From a virus (lineage: Duplodnaviria > Caudoviricetes): a stretch of DNA of 64,000 nucleotides. Location of the stretch: the IMG/VR virus record IMGVR_UViG_3300034155_000027, positions 67,455-131,454 of that record, one strand, 5' to 3'. The notes under the pieces are model-generated. The model searched no databases and was not told the DNA's origin. It saw only the letters and a program-made list of their open reading frames with translations. Shown piece by piece: positions 17,065 to 26,911 of this stretch; position 1 is the first letter of the stretch; the number at the start of each line of letters is the position of its first letter. A program made the position numbers and the translations under genes.

Positions 17065-18285
17065 TTACCATTCTGGGAAAATAGAATCTACAGAAGGTGG
17101 AGTAATATTATTTGGTTTATTTTCAGGAGAAGCAACATAAGCTTCTGGTTTATTTTTTTCTATTGGTTTAGAAGTAATACTTGTTTCAATAGCTGGTTTT
17201 ATAGTTGAACTTTCTTGAATAGTTGGTTCGGATTGTTTTGCCAAATCAATAGATTCATTCATAGTTTTGATATCTTCTTTAATTGCGGCATAGAGACCAC
17301 CAAATCTACCAACCATATAATCTTTACCATAAAGATGATCTATTAAAGTTTCTTCAGGGGCATTATGAACATAATCAAACATATCAGTAATTTTAGCCCA
17401 CCAATCACTTTTAACATCAGTTGATGTAGATTTGGCTATTTTAATTTTATTAACCCAAGTAGGAATTGCATCATAAATTTTATTTAATTGTTCAATATAT
17501 TGACCAATTTTAGTATTGATCATTTGTAATCTTTCAGATTCTGCTTTTTGTTGTTCTAAAGAAAGAGTTTCGTCAACTGATCTTGTTTTGGTTAATTCGT
17601 TTTTTAAAGAATATATTTGTCTAGCAGCATTCATAAGATTATTAACATCTTTACGAATACCTGAAGCATAAGGTTTTGAAGAAAGAACTTCTAAATCTTC
17701 AAGAACCAATTTTGAGTTTGCAAAAACATTTTGAACGGAGGTTGCTCCAAAATAAGACCATGCCCAAGTTCCTGCTACAGCAACGGCTGCAACAAGAGCA
17801 GCAATAGCTACTGGGCCCATGGCTTCTTTATGAATTGTGGGGTTTATTTTATCTAATCTTTCAGCACAAGAATCTGCTAAAATCATTAATTCTGTTTCAT
17901 TTTTATTATCTAATGCAAAAGCTGATTTTACTAAAGAATTCATTAATTCATTTTTAGCAACAACATATCTTCTTTGTGATATATTTCCATTTGGTGTTTT
18001 AGTAGCAATATATGTCATAATATCATGACGTTGATTTATATTTTCTAAAATACCATTCATAGCATCATAAGCCGGTACAATAACAACAGTATCTGGATGA
18101 GCCGTATCAATAATATCTTTTTTGGTAAAAATATTATCAGGTTCAATTCCATATAAATATCTTATCGCATCTTCTGATAAACCACTGCGACTTGGTTTTT
18201 TATCTTTTTTTTCATCTTCTTCAGATAAAGAAATAAGACCTTGTTCAACCGCTATCTTTTCAAAATTATCCCAAATATCCTGCAT
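17065..18285 (-). CDS. Probable internal head/ejection protein with a central hydrophobic helix
   Basis: AIAALVAAVAVAGTWAWSYFG follows IHKEA. Start moved to MQDIW. Confidence 0.5.
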   Translation of the reverse strand: MQDIWDNFEKIAVEQGLISLSEEDEKKDKKPSRSGLSEDAIRYLYGIEPDNIFTKKDIIDTAHPDTVVIVPAYDAMNGILENINQRHDIMTYIATKTPNGNISQRRYVVAKNELMNSLVKSAFALDNKNETELMILADSCAERLDKINPTIHKEAMGPVAIAALVAAVAVAGTWAWSYFGATSVQNVFANSKLVLEDLEVLSSKPYASGIRKDVNNLMNAARQIYSLKNELTKTRSVDETLSLEQQKAESERLQMINTKIGQYIEQLNKIYDAIPTWVNKIKIAKSTSTDVKSDWWAKITDMFDYVHNAPEETLIDHLYGKDYMVGRFGGLYAAIKEDIKTMNESIDLAKQSEPTIQESSTIKPAIETSITSKPIEKNKPEAYVASPENKPNNITPPSVDSIFPEW

Positions 18286-18286
18286 G

Positions 18287-19354
18287 TTAGGTACCTTTGC
18301 TTTGGTTAATGGTCTTATATACATCGCCAATAAAAAGCGCTAATATTTCGTCTCTAGATTTAAATGGATCTGGAATTGACCATTGCACTTGTCCAGGATT
18401 CCAATTTTGTGTAATTCTTTTTATCGCATCCCAAAAAGTTGGTGTTCTAAGAATTATGTCTTTATATTCGTACAAATCAGGATATGAAGCATAAATCCAT
18501 TTTAAAACCCTCTCATGTGGTTTCTCATTTTCTAAATTTTCTATCCATAAATCACCAGGATTGTTTTTAAATATATGAGACCCTGCTCCAGTAGGTTTTG
18601 GCCCAAATAATATTACTGGCTTTATAGATTGTTGTTCTGGTGTATTTGTTTTATCTTTTGATCCAAGCCCTAAAGCGCCTGCAGCCACACCACCAACAGC
18701 TAATAAACCAGCTGAAAGTAATACTGTTTTAAGAAACCATACTAAAATTCCTACAATTAAACTAGATCCTCTTCTTTTACCAAAGAAACTAAACATTCTT
18801 ATTAAAGGATTAGAGTTTTGAGGTATAAACGGTTGTGCTTTCCATGACCTAGAAATTTCTCCATCTGCTTCTTTTAACATTCCTTTAGAATATAATTCTC
18901 TTAATGGAGATAATAAATCTTCAGATGATGTTGCTTCTATTGGTTCATCAGATAAATTAGGAACAGCAGCTTTAGCTATATTATTAATTTGATTTGCACT
19001 GACTGGTTGACCGGCCTGAATTGAAGGTAAAATTGCACTAACAATAGTTTGATAAATTGAATAAATATCAAAACCAAATAATTGAGCGGCTGTAACTAAA
19101 ATACCTAAAATTGGATGTAATCTAAAAAATATTGCAGGTACTAAAAAATCAACAACAGTTCTTGCAGCGCCACCATCTTCTGAACTATGTATTTGACCAC
19201 CAACAAATTGTTTAATCGAATCTCCAATTCCTCCTAAAATAGATCCTAAATCAAATGCTTGTTTTGTTAAACCTATATCATTTGATTCTGAAAGAATTTT
19301 AAATGTTCTTTCAATTAAAAAAGAATCTGCAACATATTGAATATCTCCTTGCAT
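18287..19354 (-). CDS. Probable internal head/ejection protein with transmembrane-like segments
   Basis: LIVGILVWFLKTVLLSAGLLAVGGVAAGALGLG; LTKQA and MLKEA motifs. Confidence 0.5.
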   Translation of the reverse strand: MQGDIQYVADSFLIERTFKILSESNDIGLTKQAFDLGSILGGIGDSIKQFVGGQIHSSEDGGAARTVVDFLVPAIFFRLHPILGILVTAAQLFGFDIYSIYQTIVSAILPSIQAGQPVSANQINNIAKAAVPNLSDEPIEATSSEDLLSPLRELYSKGMLKEADGEISRSWKAQPFIPQNSNPLIRMFSFFGKRRGSSLIVGILVWFLKTVLLSAGLLAVGGVAAGALGLGSKDKTNTPEQQSIKPVILFGPKPTGAGSHIFKNNPGDLWIENLENEKPHERVLKWIYASYPDLYEYKDIILRTPTFWDAIKRITQNWNPGQVQWSIPDPFKSRDEILALFIGDVYKTINQSKGT

Positions 19355-19377
19355 ATTATTTCCTGGTGATAGGGATA

Positions 19378-21006
19378 TTATGTGCCCTGTAGTTTATCTA
19401 AAGCTCTTCCAAGAGACGCCCCAGATCTTGATATAATTGAACGAATATTATCTTGCCATTCAACAGACATACGTTGTTGTTGTCTAACTACATCTGCACT
19501 TGTTTTTGTTCTATATTGATATGCCCAATTTCTATACATAGAAGATAATACATCACCAATTAAACTTGCATATGCTCTAAAAGACTTAAGCGCAGTTGAT
19601 TTATCTCCACTAATATTATTTAAAGCAATACTTATCCATTTTCCGTTTTGGAAATCTTCCATATCTATGTTTGGTAAAGTTCCATTTTGTGACATTGATC
19701 TTAATTGATTTAAGGAATCATCACCACTTTCGTCTATTGGGAACTTCACAATATCAGATTCAAGTCTCATAAATGGTTTAAGAGGTCCATTTAATATATT
19801 TGAATAATCTTTATTACTAGATATTGTTTCAGCATTTGAACTTGTATCAACAGGTCCTGAACGCCTTCTAGCAGCACCAGGACCAGAAGCAGCATCATTC
19901 ATTGCTTTATATAAAACATGAGATGTAACGACTGGGGTTTTTTCTTGCCCAGCATTTCTTAAAATTTGCTCAACCTTATCTCTGATATTATTCCAAAGAT
20001 CTGAAATATTTCTAACTCCAGCCATATACTCTTCAGCATTTTTTATATCCTGATCAGGATTTTTATTTTCTTCTAATTGTGCATGTAAAGCATTGGCTCT
20101 TTCTGCAAACCATTGAATTATATCATCAATTTCATTTATACAATGTCCTTTAGGTCTTTTTGTTATTGTTGGTTGTTGTGCTAATTTAAAAATAGATTCT
20201 GATAAAATAATATCTGCAAGTTTTTGTAAAATATCAGAATTTAATTCCGCTGTAGTAAGACTAGGAAGAGGTTCACAAACAGAACCCTCAAGAGTCATTG
20301 GATTAATTAATCTGAAAAAATTAACCAAATCTTTTAAATGGCCACCAGTAACTGCAATTTTACCTGGTTTCGTCATAGGGTTTTCTAATTGATCATATGT
20401 TAATTCTGGACCAACATGATCATATATAGTTCCAGAATTTGTTCTTTTAATATTCTTTACATTAGTTTCTAAACCTAAAACATTAAATATTTTAACTATA
20501 TTATCAATATTTTCATTTGCAATAGTAATAATATCAGGATCTTTCATTTCTTTATAAGGGCTTTCTCCCTCTCCTTCTTTTATTATTGAAGGAATTTTAA
20601 ATTTTTCAGTAAATGATTTTAGATTTACCAAAGAAGCTTTTGTATTTTTACCCCAAATACCATCTTCTCTTTCTTTTTGTGGGCCTCCAGAAGTATTGCT
20701 GAATTTTGGAGCTAAATTACGTATTTCGTTTTCTGGCACTTGAAGTTTTATAGCTATTCTTTTAGCATTTATAGTTATTTTACTAGTAAGATCATTTAAT
20801 AATTGCTGCATTGTCATAACAATGCCTTTTTGATCTTCTGGTAAATCACCACCAATTTCTTTTGATCCTGGTTTATTGGATACTGTTTTACCAGATGGTT
20901 TTGCAACAGGAGATGTAGAAGACTTTCCTGAAGGTGTTCCAGATTTAGGATTTATTAAAGCAGGTCCACCTGCTGCTGTTTTAGTAATTTGTCCAAAATA
21001 TTTCAT
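19378..21006 (-). CDS. Hypothetical virion-associated protein
   Basis: ITKTAA and IFKLAQ motifs; MQQLL...DGIWGKNT..L resembles a peptidoglycan-binding (PG_binding_1-like) helix motif. Start moved to MKYFG. Confidence 0.55.
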   Translation of the reverse strand: MKYFGQITKTAAGGPALINPKSGTPSGKSSTSPVAKPSGKTVSNKPGSKEIGGDLPEDQKGIVMTMQQLLNDLTSKITINAKRIAIKLQVPENEIRNLAPKFSNTSGGPQKEREDGIWGKNTKASLVNLKSFTEKFKIPSIIKEGEGESPYKEMKDPDIITIANENIDNIVKIFNVLGLETNVKNIKRTNSGTIYDHVGPELTYDQLENPMTKPGKIAVTGGHLKDLVNFFRLINPMTLEGSVCEPLPSLTTAELNSDILQKLADIILSESIFKLAQQPTITKRPKGHCINEIDDIIQWFAERANALHAQLEENKNPDQDIKNAEEYMAGVRNISDLWNNIRDKVEQILRNAGQEKTPVVTSHVLYKAMNDAASGPGAARRRSGPVDTSSNAETISSNKDYSNILNGPLKPFMRLESDIVKFPIDESGDDSLNQLRSMSQNGTLPNIDMEDFQNGKWISIALNNISGDKSTALKSFRAYASLIGDVLSSMYRNWAYQYRTKTSADVVRQQQRMSVEWQDNIRSIISRSGASLGRALDKLQGT

Positions 21007-21007
21007 A

Positions 21008-22744
21008 TTATAAACCTTTAGGAAATTGTTCATTAGCCATATTTATTGCAGAATTTGAAAAACTAATTACATCATCAATATTACTGAAATTATTTGCATT
21101 TAACCATGTATCAAATAAAGATTTTGGTTTCCCAACCATTCCTTTAATTCCAATTCCATTTAATGATTTTATTAATTTATCAATATTATTTTTATTTTCA
21201 CGAGACGAATTTACTTTATCACCATCTCTTAAATCTTGATAGTTTTTTATAGTATCTTCCCAAGATTTAGAGGCTTGTTTTAGTGCTTTTAATATTGATT
21301 CAGTATTAACCATTGGAACTTTAACTTTATCAGCTATTATTTGTTGTACTTGATTCAATGTTGAATAAAATTCATTTTGCCAATTTTTTAATTCAGAATA
21401 TGTTTCAGGAGCACCAAGCCCAATTCCTATTGATAATAATGATTTGTTTTGCAATGTTATTGTATCATATGTATTTTTTATTTTTTGTATTACCCCAAAC
21501 ATAATATCTTTATTGATTTTTCCATTGTCATCTACTGCATCATCTGGAATTTTAATAACAAATTTACTAATACCTGATATTGTAATTAAACCTGTAGTTA
21601 TTAAATTATTAATAGCTACCATACCACCAATTACACTTTGCATTATATACCAAAAAGCGGTTCTATATTTTTGTGCAAGCAAAATATCATATGATTGACC
21701 ACTCTTAGGTGGCCATGTAAAACTAACATCACCATTATTTGATACATTTGCAATTAAAAATGAATTAGGATTTATTATAATTTTTTGATTTGTTCTTACA
21801 CTTTGAACTTCATTTGTTTTATCTACACCATTAACCAAAACTTTATAAACACCAGTTACTTGGTTTTTATCTACTCCAAGCAAATCTGATAATTTGTAAA
21901 TATTTGGTAAATTAGCAAATTTTCCATTTGTAATATATTGATGAAAAGACTGTCCTGTTTGATCATTAATATCTATTCCCAAACTTGTAATTTGCTCAAA
22001 TAAATTAAGCGCTTTACTAGGATCTGCTCCACCAAGTGATATCCATAACTCAACCCATTTCTTACTTTGTGGACCAACTAATTTTGCAAATGAAATTTGG
22101 GCTTTGTCAGCCACTGTGGATAAATCAGGAAATTTTGCTAAGTGTTCTTTTACAGGTTGGAAATCAATAATAAGATCGTTTTTTATCTGAGCAGGATAAG
22201 TATTTTCAGTTTCTTCATCGGAAATTTGACCCATTTTTATCCAGGAAGCAAATTCCGATATTGATGCTTCCTTAGGTAATTTTCCCGTTGGTTGTTTCCT
22301 TACTACTGCTAAAATTTTATCAGCCGCATCTTGTATAGTTTCAATTTCCCCCAAGTCTCCCATTCCATCAACCGGATTTTGTTCTAATCCTTTATGTGCA
22401 AAATCAAAAAAATCTTTATTTGTTTCCACTGTTACATTGTATAATTCACACTCTGCTGTTTTATACATCATAAGGTTTTTTTCAAGATCATCTGCTAATG
22501 TAACAAATCCTTTTCTTCGTATAGCATATGCTAATTTTGATACGTCTTGCACAAAATCATTTGTTGATACTGTATCAATTTCATCATTTATTGTTTTGTT
22601 TTGAGAAATTTGTTGTGCAGCAAGTTTAATTGTTTCTGATTCAGTTGGTTTAAAGAACCCTTTCTTTACAGCTCTTCGCTCCAGCTCACGATAAACTTCA
22701 GATGCATATAAATTATTTGTTGGTTTTGTAATTGGAGTTGTCAT
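21008..22744 (-). CDS. Hypothetical virion-associated protein
   Basis: 578-aa ORF; GAGGA RBS; K-x-A motifs. Confidence 0.7.
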   Translation of the reverse strand: MTTPITKPTNNLYASEVYRELERRAVKKGFFKPTESETIKLAAQQISQNKTINDEIDTVSTNDFVQDVSKLAYAIRRKGFVTLADDLEKNLMMYKTAECELYNVTVETNKDFFDFAHKGLEQNPVDGMGDLGEIETIQDAADKILAVVRKQPTGKLPKEASISEFASWIKMGQISDEETENTYPAQIKNDLIIDFQPVKEHLAKFPDLSTVADKAQISFAKLVGPQSKKWVELWISLGGADPSKALNLFEQITSLGIDINDQTGQSFHQYITNGKFANLPNIYKLSDLLGVDKNQVTGVYKVLVNGVDKTNEVQSVRTNQKIIINPNSFLIANVSNNGDVSFTWPPKSGQSYDILLAQKYRTAFWYIMQSVIGGMVAINNLITTGLITISGISKFVIKIPDDAVDDNGKINKDIMFGVIQKIKNTYDTITLQNKSLLSIGIGLGAPETYSELKNWQNEFYSTLNQVQQIIADKVKVPMVNTESILKALKQASKSWEDTIKNYQDLRDGDKVNSSRENKNNIDKLIKSLNGIGIKGMVGKPKSLFDTWLNANNFSNIDDVISFSNSAINMANEQFPKGL

Positions 22745-22747
22745 AAT

Positions 22748-23071
22748 TTATTCCTCAAAATCTATCAAAGAAAGTCCTTTCACAAAATTAGGATCTGTTT
22801 TAGCTTTCAGTTCAGGTTGTTGCTCCAATAATTCAGCTACTTTTTTTAATTTAGCTTTTAATATAGGATCGTTAGCTACCTTTAAACGAAATTGCTCAAC
22901 AGATTCCATAATGTTATTTTCTTTATCAATTATAGATTCCGCTGCTCTTTTTTCGCGCAACATATCTCGTTCAATCTCTGCACGAGAATAATTTCTCCAA
23001 ACTTCAGAGTTGTTAAACGCCCTTTCAGTCTGTTGATCTTTAAAAAAATCCTTCCAAACTTCGTCAACCAT
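22748..23071 (-). CDS. Hypothetical protein
   Basis: FNNSEVWRNY resembles LYASEVYREL of the next gene. Confidence 0.7.
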   Translation of the reverse strand: MVDEVWKDFFKDQQTERAFNNSEVWRNYSRAEIERDMLREKRAAESIIDKENNIMESVEQFRLKVANDPILKAKLKKVAELLEQQPELKAKTDPNFVKGLSLIDFEE

Positions 23072-23194
23072 TGGAATTTCCCTTAAATTTAGTTATTAAC
23101 AAAAACCTATTATTATACTGTCTTATGCAGTTAATTAAATTAACTTCTTTGGTAAAAACATTACCAAAAATTTGCTAAACCCCTAACGCGCTTT

Positions 23195-23884
23195 TTATAG
23201 CCATAAAAACTCTAAACTACTAAAAGCAGAACTTGGTGGACCAGTTACCATTGCTACAGCTGGATATTCTTCATTCGGTTGTGATGTTGTTAATTTACCA
23301 TTTTCAGATACAAATAAAATTCCGTTTATTGGATATCTTTGATTAGATTCATACATGTCTGTTTGAAATATACCCTTTTGAAACCATAAAGTAAGTTTAC
23401 CAGATCCTGCAGTAGAATCATCTCCAGATACATTTGGAATTTGATATGTATAACTTACTACAGTTCTAATAGAATCAAATATACCATCTCCATCTAAATC
23501 AAAATTTAAAGGAGTCCCAGCAGGAAATATTACAACTCCATTCCTAGGCACTAATACAACATCTACCGGCGCTGTAATAAAACTAGACGGTATAATATTA
23601 GGATTTTTTAATTCTTGTCTTATATCTATTGGAGTAACTAATCTTCCATTTTGTTCAACTGCTGGAGATGCTGCAATTACTATTTCATCAATTGATGGTG
23701 CTGTAAATGCTCTTGTTTTATAATCATCAATAATTCCAAAAGGGGCTTTACCATCACTTACACCTGCTACTAAATTATTTCCACGTAAATATAATTGGCC
23801 TATAATTCCAGGTTCAAATTCTGCAGTAGGATCTACTGGATATGATATTGGTAATGAATTACCTACTTGTACTAATTTTAACAT
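23195..23884 (-). CDS. Probable decoration-like structural protein; paralog of 15987..16649
   Basis: MLKLVQVGNSLP, GIIDD, TAGSGKLTLW; GAGGA RBS. Confidence 0.6.
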   Translation of the reverse strand: MLKLVQVGNSLPISYPVDPTAEFEPGIIGQLYLRGNNLVAGVSDGKAPFGIIDDYKTRAFTAPSIDEIVIAASPAVEQNGRLVTPIDIRQELKNPNIIPSSFITAPVDVVLVPRNGVVIFPAGTPLNFDLDGDGIFDSIRTVVSYTYQIPNVSGDDSTAGSGKLTLWFQKGIFQTDMYESNQRYPINGILFVSENGKLTTSQPNEEYPAVAMVTGPPSSAFSSLEFLWL

Positions 23885-23917
23885 TTATGTCCTCTTTAAT
23901 GTATATATCACACATAC

Positions 23918-23952
23918 AAAAAAGCCCTGATAGTTAAACCAAGGCTTTTTTT
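23918..23952 (-). terminator. Intrinsic terminator
   Basis: Minus strand AGCCTTGGT-TTAACT-ATCAGGGCT followed by a T-run. Confidence 0.8.
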
Positions 23953-23967
23953 ATTATTTAAAATATT

Positions 23968-24444
23968 TTACAAAGTATTTAAATAAGTGCGTAATCCATC
24001 TTGATAATCACTTGACACATCAGAAATTAATGCATCAACAATAGCTGGCCAACTTTCTGCACCTGCCCAGCTTTCTCCTTTCCCACCACTTTTAACATAT
24101 TTAGCAAAATTCTTTACATCAGCAGGAACCTGTGGATTTGTTTGATATGCATCACTTTGAATGTATCTATTAAAATCAGGACATATTTGTTGAAGTGCAT
24201 TACCAATATTATGTTCTCCAGCTCCAACCGGATTTATATTTTTAGGATCTGCAAATTGAGCAACTTTAATAACGGAATTATATGCTGCCGCCGCTGCTGT
24301 TTTTGCAATGTCTTTAATAGAAGGAGGTGCACTTCTATATTTTGTACCGGCTACTTTTGTAACCTTAGCACTCATAATAGCTTTATAAGTTGAAACCGCT
24401 GCAATTTTTGCAGCTTCTTTTGCAATTTGTTGTCTTGTTGCCAT
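23968..24444 (-). CDS. Ala/Lys-rich probable head protein
   Basis: AGGAG RBS; several K-x-A motifs (KEAA, KIAA, KVAG, KTAA, KVAQ). Confidence 0.7.
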   Translation of the reverse strand: MATRQQIAKEAAKIAAVSTYKAIMSAKVTKVAGTKYRSAPPSIKDIAKTAAAAAYNSVIKVAQFADPKNINPVGAGEHNIGNALQQICPDFNRYIQSDAYQTNPQVPADVKNFAKYVKSGGKGESWAGAESWPAIVDALISDVSSDYQDGLRTYLNTL

Positions 24445-24456
24445 TTTTAAATTCTC

Positions 24457-24684
24457 CTAATTTATCTTTCCGCCTGCTACGGAAATCATTACTCTTGTCA
24501 CGTCTTTTGCCCTAGCAATTAAACCAGCTTTTTCAAATTTCTTTGCAGCTTCATTTAATTCTTCCATTGCCGCTAAAATAAGCTTTTCTTGCTGAGTGCT
24601 TTCTTGTATTTCTGCTGTATCAGTTGCTTTTTGCATTCCTTCAAACAAATCTTTTTCGCATGAACCCTGTTTAAATAAACTCAT
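24457..24684 (-). CDS. Small hypothetical protein
   Basis: GGAG RBS, ATGA coupling; carries the helix-Gly-helix module. Confidence 0.7.
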   Translation of the reverse strand: MSLFKQGSCEKDLFEGMQKATDTAEIQESTQQEKLILAAMEELNEAAKKFEKAGLIARAKDVTRVMISVAGGKIN

Positions 24685-25190
24685 AAATTCTCCAAAATTT
24701 CGTTAGCCATATTTGATAAATCTAATGAATTTATAGATTTTTGAAGGATTTCTTCTCTTTCTCTAAAAGATCCAATTGAAAGAAGTTCTGGTCCAATTCC
24801 TATTCCAATATTTCTTTTAATAGAGCTTTCTAATATTTTTGGATCTAAACTGGCTTGTAAAAGAACAGAACCATCACCCTCTCCATAAATAGCACTCGAA
24901 TATTGATAATTAATATCTATAGAGCCCGTATTTTTATCTACAATTGGTTTACTTAACGAAATATCAATTAATTCATCACCAGACGTAGCTCTTTTAATAA
25001 TATTATTTACTTTACATGCTTCAGCTACTAAATCTATTTCACAAAAATCAGATAATAAACTTGCGTTTTCTAAAAGATTTTTAGCTTTTTTTAGATGCAA
25101 TACAGCTTCGTTTGTTACCAAAGAAGGTTTTAATTTATTTCCAAGTAGAAAAGCCATATTGTTTTCTAGTTGTGTTGCGAATTTATCCAT
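24681..25190 (-). CDS. Hypothetical protein
   Basis: 169-aa ORF overlapping its neighbours. Confidence 0.7.
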   Translation of the reverse strand: MDKFATQLENNMAFLLGNKLKPSLVTNEAVLHLKKAKNLLENASLLSDFCEIDLVAEACKVNNIIKRATSGDELIDISLSKPIVDKNTGSIDINYQYSSAIYGEGDGSVLLQASLDPKILESSIKRNIGIGIGPELLSIGSFREREEILQKSINSLDLSNMANEILENL

Positions 25191-25371
25191 AAAACACCCT
25201 ACTTGAATGATCTTTTTCTCGGCGAATAACTTCTGAGCTAATTTCTTGAAGAGCTACAAGATATTTAAAATCTGTTTTATTATTCTTGTATTTTTCAATT
25301 AATAAATCAATTAATTTATCCAATTGATCTTCAGATAATTGCTCTAATTGTGTTGCTGATATTTTTCTCAT
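25183..25371 (-). CDS. Small hypothetical protein, paralog of the 25368..25655 extension
   Basis: LEQLSEDQLDKLIDLLIEKYK...EVIRRE aligns with LEELSMDNLHKFIDLLVERYK...EIRRRE. Confidence 0.75.
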   Translation of the reverse strand: MRKISATQLEQLSEDQLDKLIDLLIEKYKNNKTDFKYLVALQEISSEVIRREKDHSSRVFYG

Positions 25372-25655
25372 TTTAATTTAAACTCTCGTCTTCTAATTTC
25401 TAGAATAATATCATGTAAAGATTCGGCATACATTGGATTTGCTTTATCGTCTTTATATCTTTCAACCAATAAATCAATAAATTTATGCAAATTATCCATC
25501 GATAATTCTTCTAATGGTATTGGATTGTTATACTCATCGAAAAAAGGATCTGGTTCAATATCTGGTGATATTTCTTCTGCTTGTTCATTATTAAAAATAT
25601 CACCAGACTCTACGTCTTCACCAAATATATCAAATGGGTCATTTACACTAAAAAA
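25368..25655 (-). CDS. Start-less open frame in the -1 phase of 25643..26815 (frameshift extension, ~95 codons)
   Basis: FFSVNDPFDIFGEDVESGDIFNNEQAEEISPDIEPDPFFDEY...EIRRREFKLK*; begins at T-TTT-TTA and ends in an ATGA overlap with the next gene. Confidence 0.65.
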   Translation of the reverse strand, partial: FFSVNDPFDIFGEDVESGDIFNNEQAEEISPDIEPDPFFDEYNNPIPLEELSMDNLHKFIDLLVERYKDDKANPMYAESLHDIILEIRRREFKLK

Positions 25656-26815
25656 CTTGCTTTTTTAGTTTTTTTATCTTCTCCAACTTCAATACTTGGA
25701 TATTCTTTTTTAACAGCCTTTGTTACTGCGCTTTGAAGTTCTTTCAAACTACCAGAATACCACGGAGGTGCTTTATCGTATTTCTTAACCTGCGCTAATG
25801 TTTTCTTAGCCTTTTCAATTGTATCAATCGGAAAATGATCCTTATCATCATTTACTTTCGGGTTTTTATTATCAAAAATTGCTTTTGATTTATTGCTAAC
25901 TTTGGCTTTAGTATTTTTTTCAGCCGCTAAGATAATGCTTAGTTTTTGTGATAGTTTTTGAAGAGAACTTACTTGTTTATTAGCCGCTTTATTTTTTACA
26001 GATGGTTTTTCATCATCAGAACGAATTAAAGATGTAAAAGTAAATTCTTTAGGATTTTCTTCACGTTCAAAATCCCTAGGGCTTAATTCTTCCAATTCTT
26101 CTTCTAAATGTTCAGAATCAATTTCTTCTAATTCATCCATTATATCGCGAAGATCTTCATCAAAATCATCTGCTGCCCCTGTATCAGGGGCACTAGCTTT
26201 TGGGTTTTGATTATTTCCCATTAAATTAGAAAAATCAAAAGGCCCATTGGCTGGTTTGTTTGTTACTGTTAACGGAGGCATAACTACAGTATTATCATTT
26301 CCAGAAATGGTTTCTGCTGGCATTTCTACATCATCAGCTTCACATTCATCATCTGTTTTTGGTTTATCATCAGCTTCACCACAATCTTCACACTCTTCTT
26401 CTGCAGCTGCTTTTATTAAAGAATCTAAAGACATAATTGCTAATGCAGAAGCCTTGCTAAACCCATGACTATCTAATACTTCAGAAATCTTGGATAAACC
26501 CATTACACAAGCATAATAATTAGCTTTAGCTTTCTTGTCTTTTTCAGCTTTGGCTTTTGCTTTATTGGCTTTTAGTTTTGCTTTTTCTTTAGCCGCTTGT
26601 TCTTTTTCTTTGGTCTTTAAAAGAGCTTGTTTTTCTTTTTCGGCTTTAAGTTTAGCCTTTTCTTTTTCAGCCGCTTCTTTTGCTTTGGCTTTCTCTTTAT
26701 CAGCTTGTGCTTTTTCTTTATCAGTTTTAGCTGCAGCTGTTTTGAAAAATACCGATTGGTATTTTGGATCAGACATAATATTGTTCATCGAACCTGCGAT
26801 ATCGTACTTAGACAT
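25643..26815 (-). CDS. Probable head protein with a Lys/Ala-rich helix, acidic linker and C-terminal HFPIDT..AK..LA domain
   Basis: GAGGA RBS before MSKYD; AKAKEAAEKEKAKLKAEKEK low-complexity tract. Confidence 0.7.
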   Translation of the reverse strand: MSKYDIAGSMNNIMSDPKYQSVFFKTAAAKTDKEKAQADKEKAKAKEAAEKEKAKLKAEKEKQALLKTKEKEQAAKEKAKLKANKAKAKAEKDKKAKANYYACVMGLSKISEVLDSHGFSKASALAIMSLDSLIKAAAEEECEDCGEADDKPKTDDECEADDVEMPAETISGNDNTVVMPPLTVTNKPANGPFDFSNLMGNNQNPKASAPDTGAADDFDEDLRDIMDELEEIDSEHLEEELEELSPRDFEREENPKEFTFTSLIRSDDEKPSVKNKAANKQVSSLQKLSQKLSIILAAEKNTKAKVSNKSKAIFDNKNPKVNDDKDHFPIDTIEKAKKTLAQVKKYDKAPPWYSGSLKELQSAVTKAVKKEYPSIEVGEDKKTKKASFLV

Positions 26816-26862
26816 TTGTTTCCTCAAATTTATAGATTTTGTTAAAAGATTGTTGAGAGGAC

Positions 26863-26899
26863 AAATGTCCTACCAGGTCTAAAACCCAGTAGGACATTT
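26863..26899. other. Long stem-loop downstream of the protease/scaffold gene
   Basis: AAATGTCCTAC ... GTAGGACATTT 11-bp arms plus inner pairing. Confidence 0.65.
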
Positions 26900-26911
26900 A
26901 TCTACTTGTTG

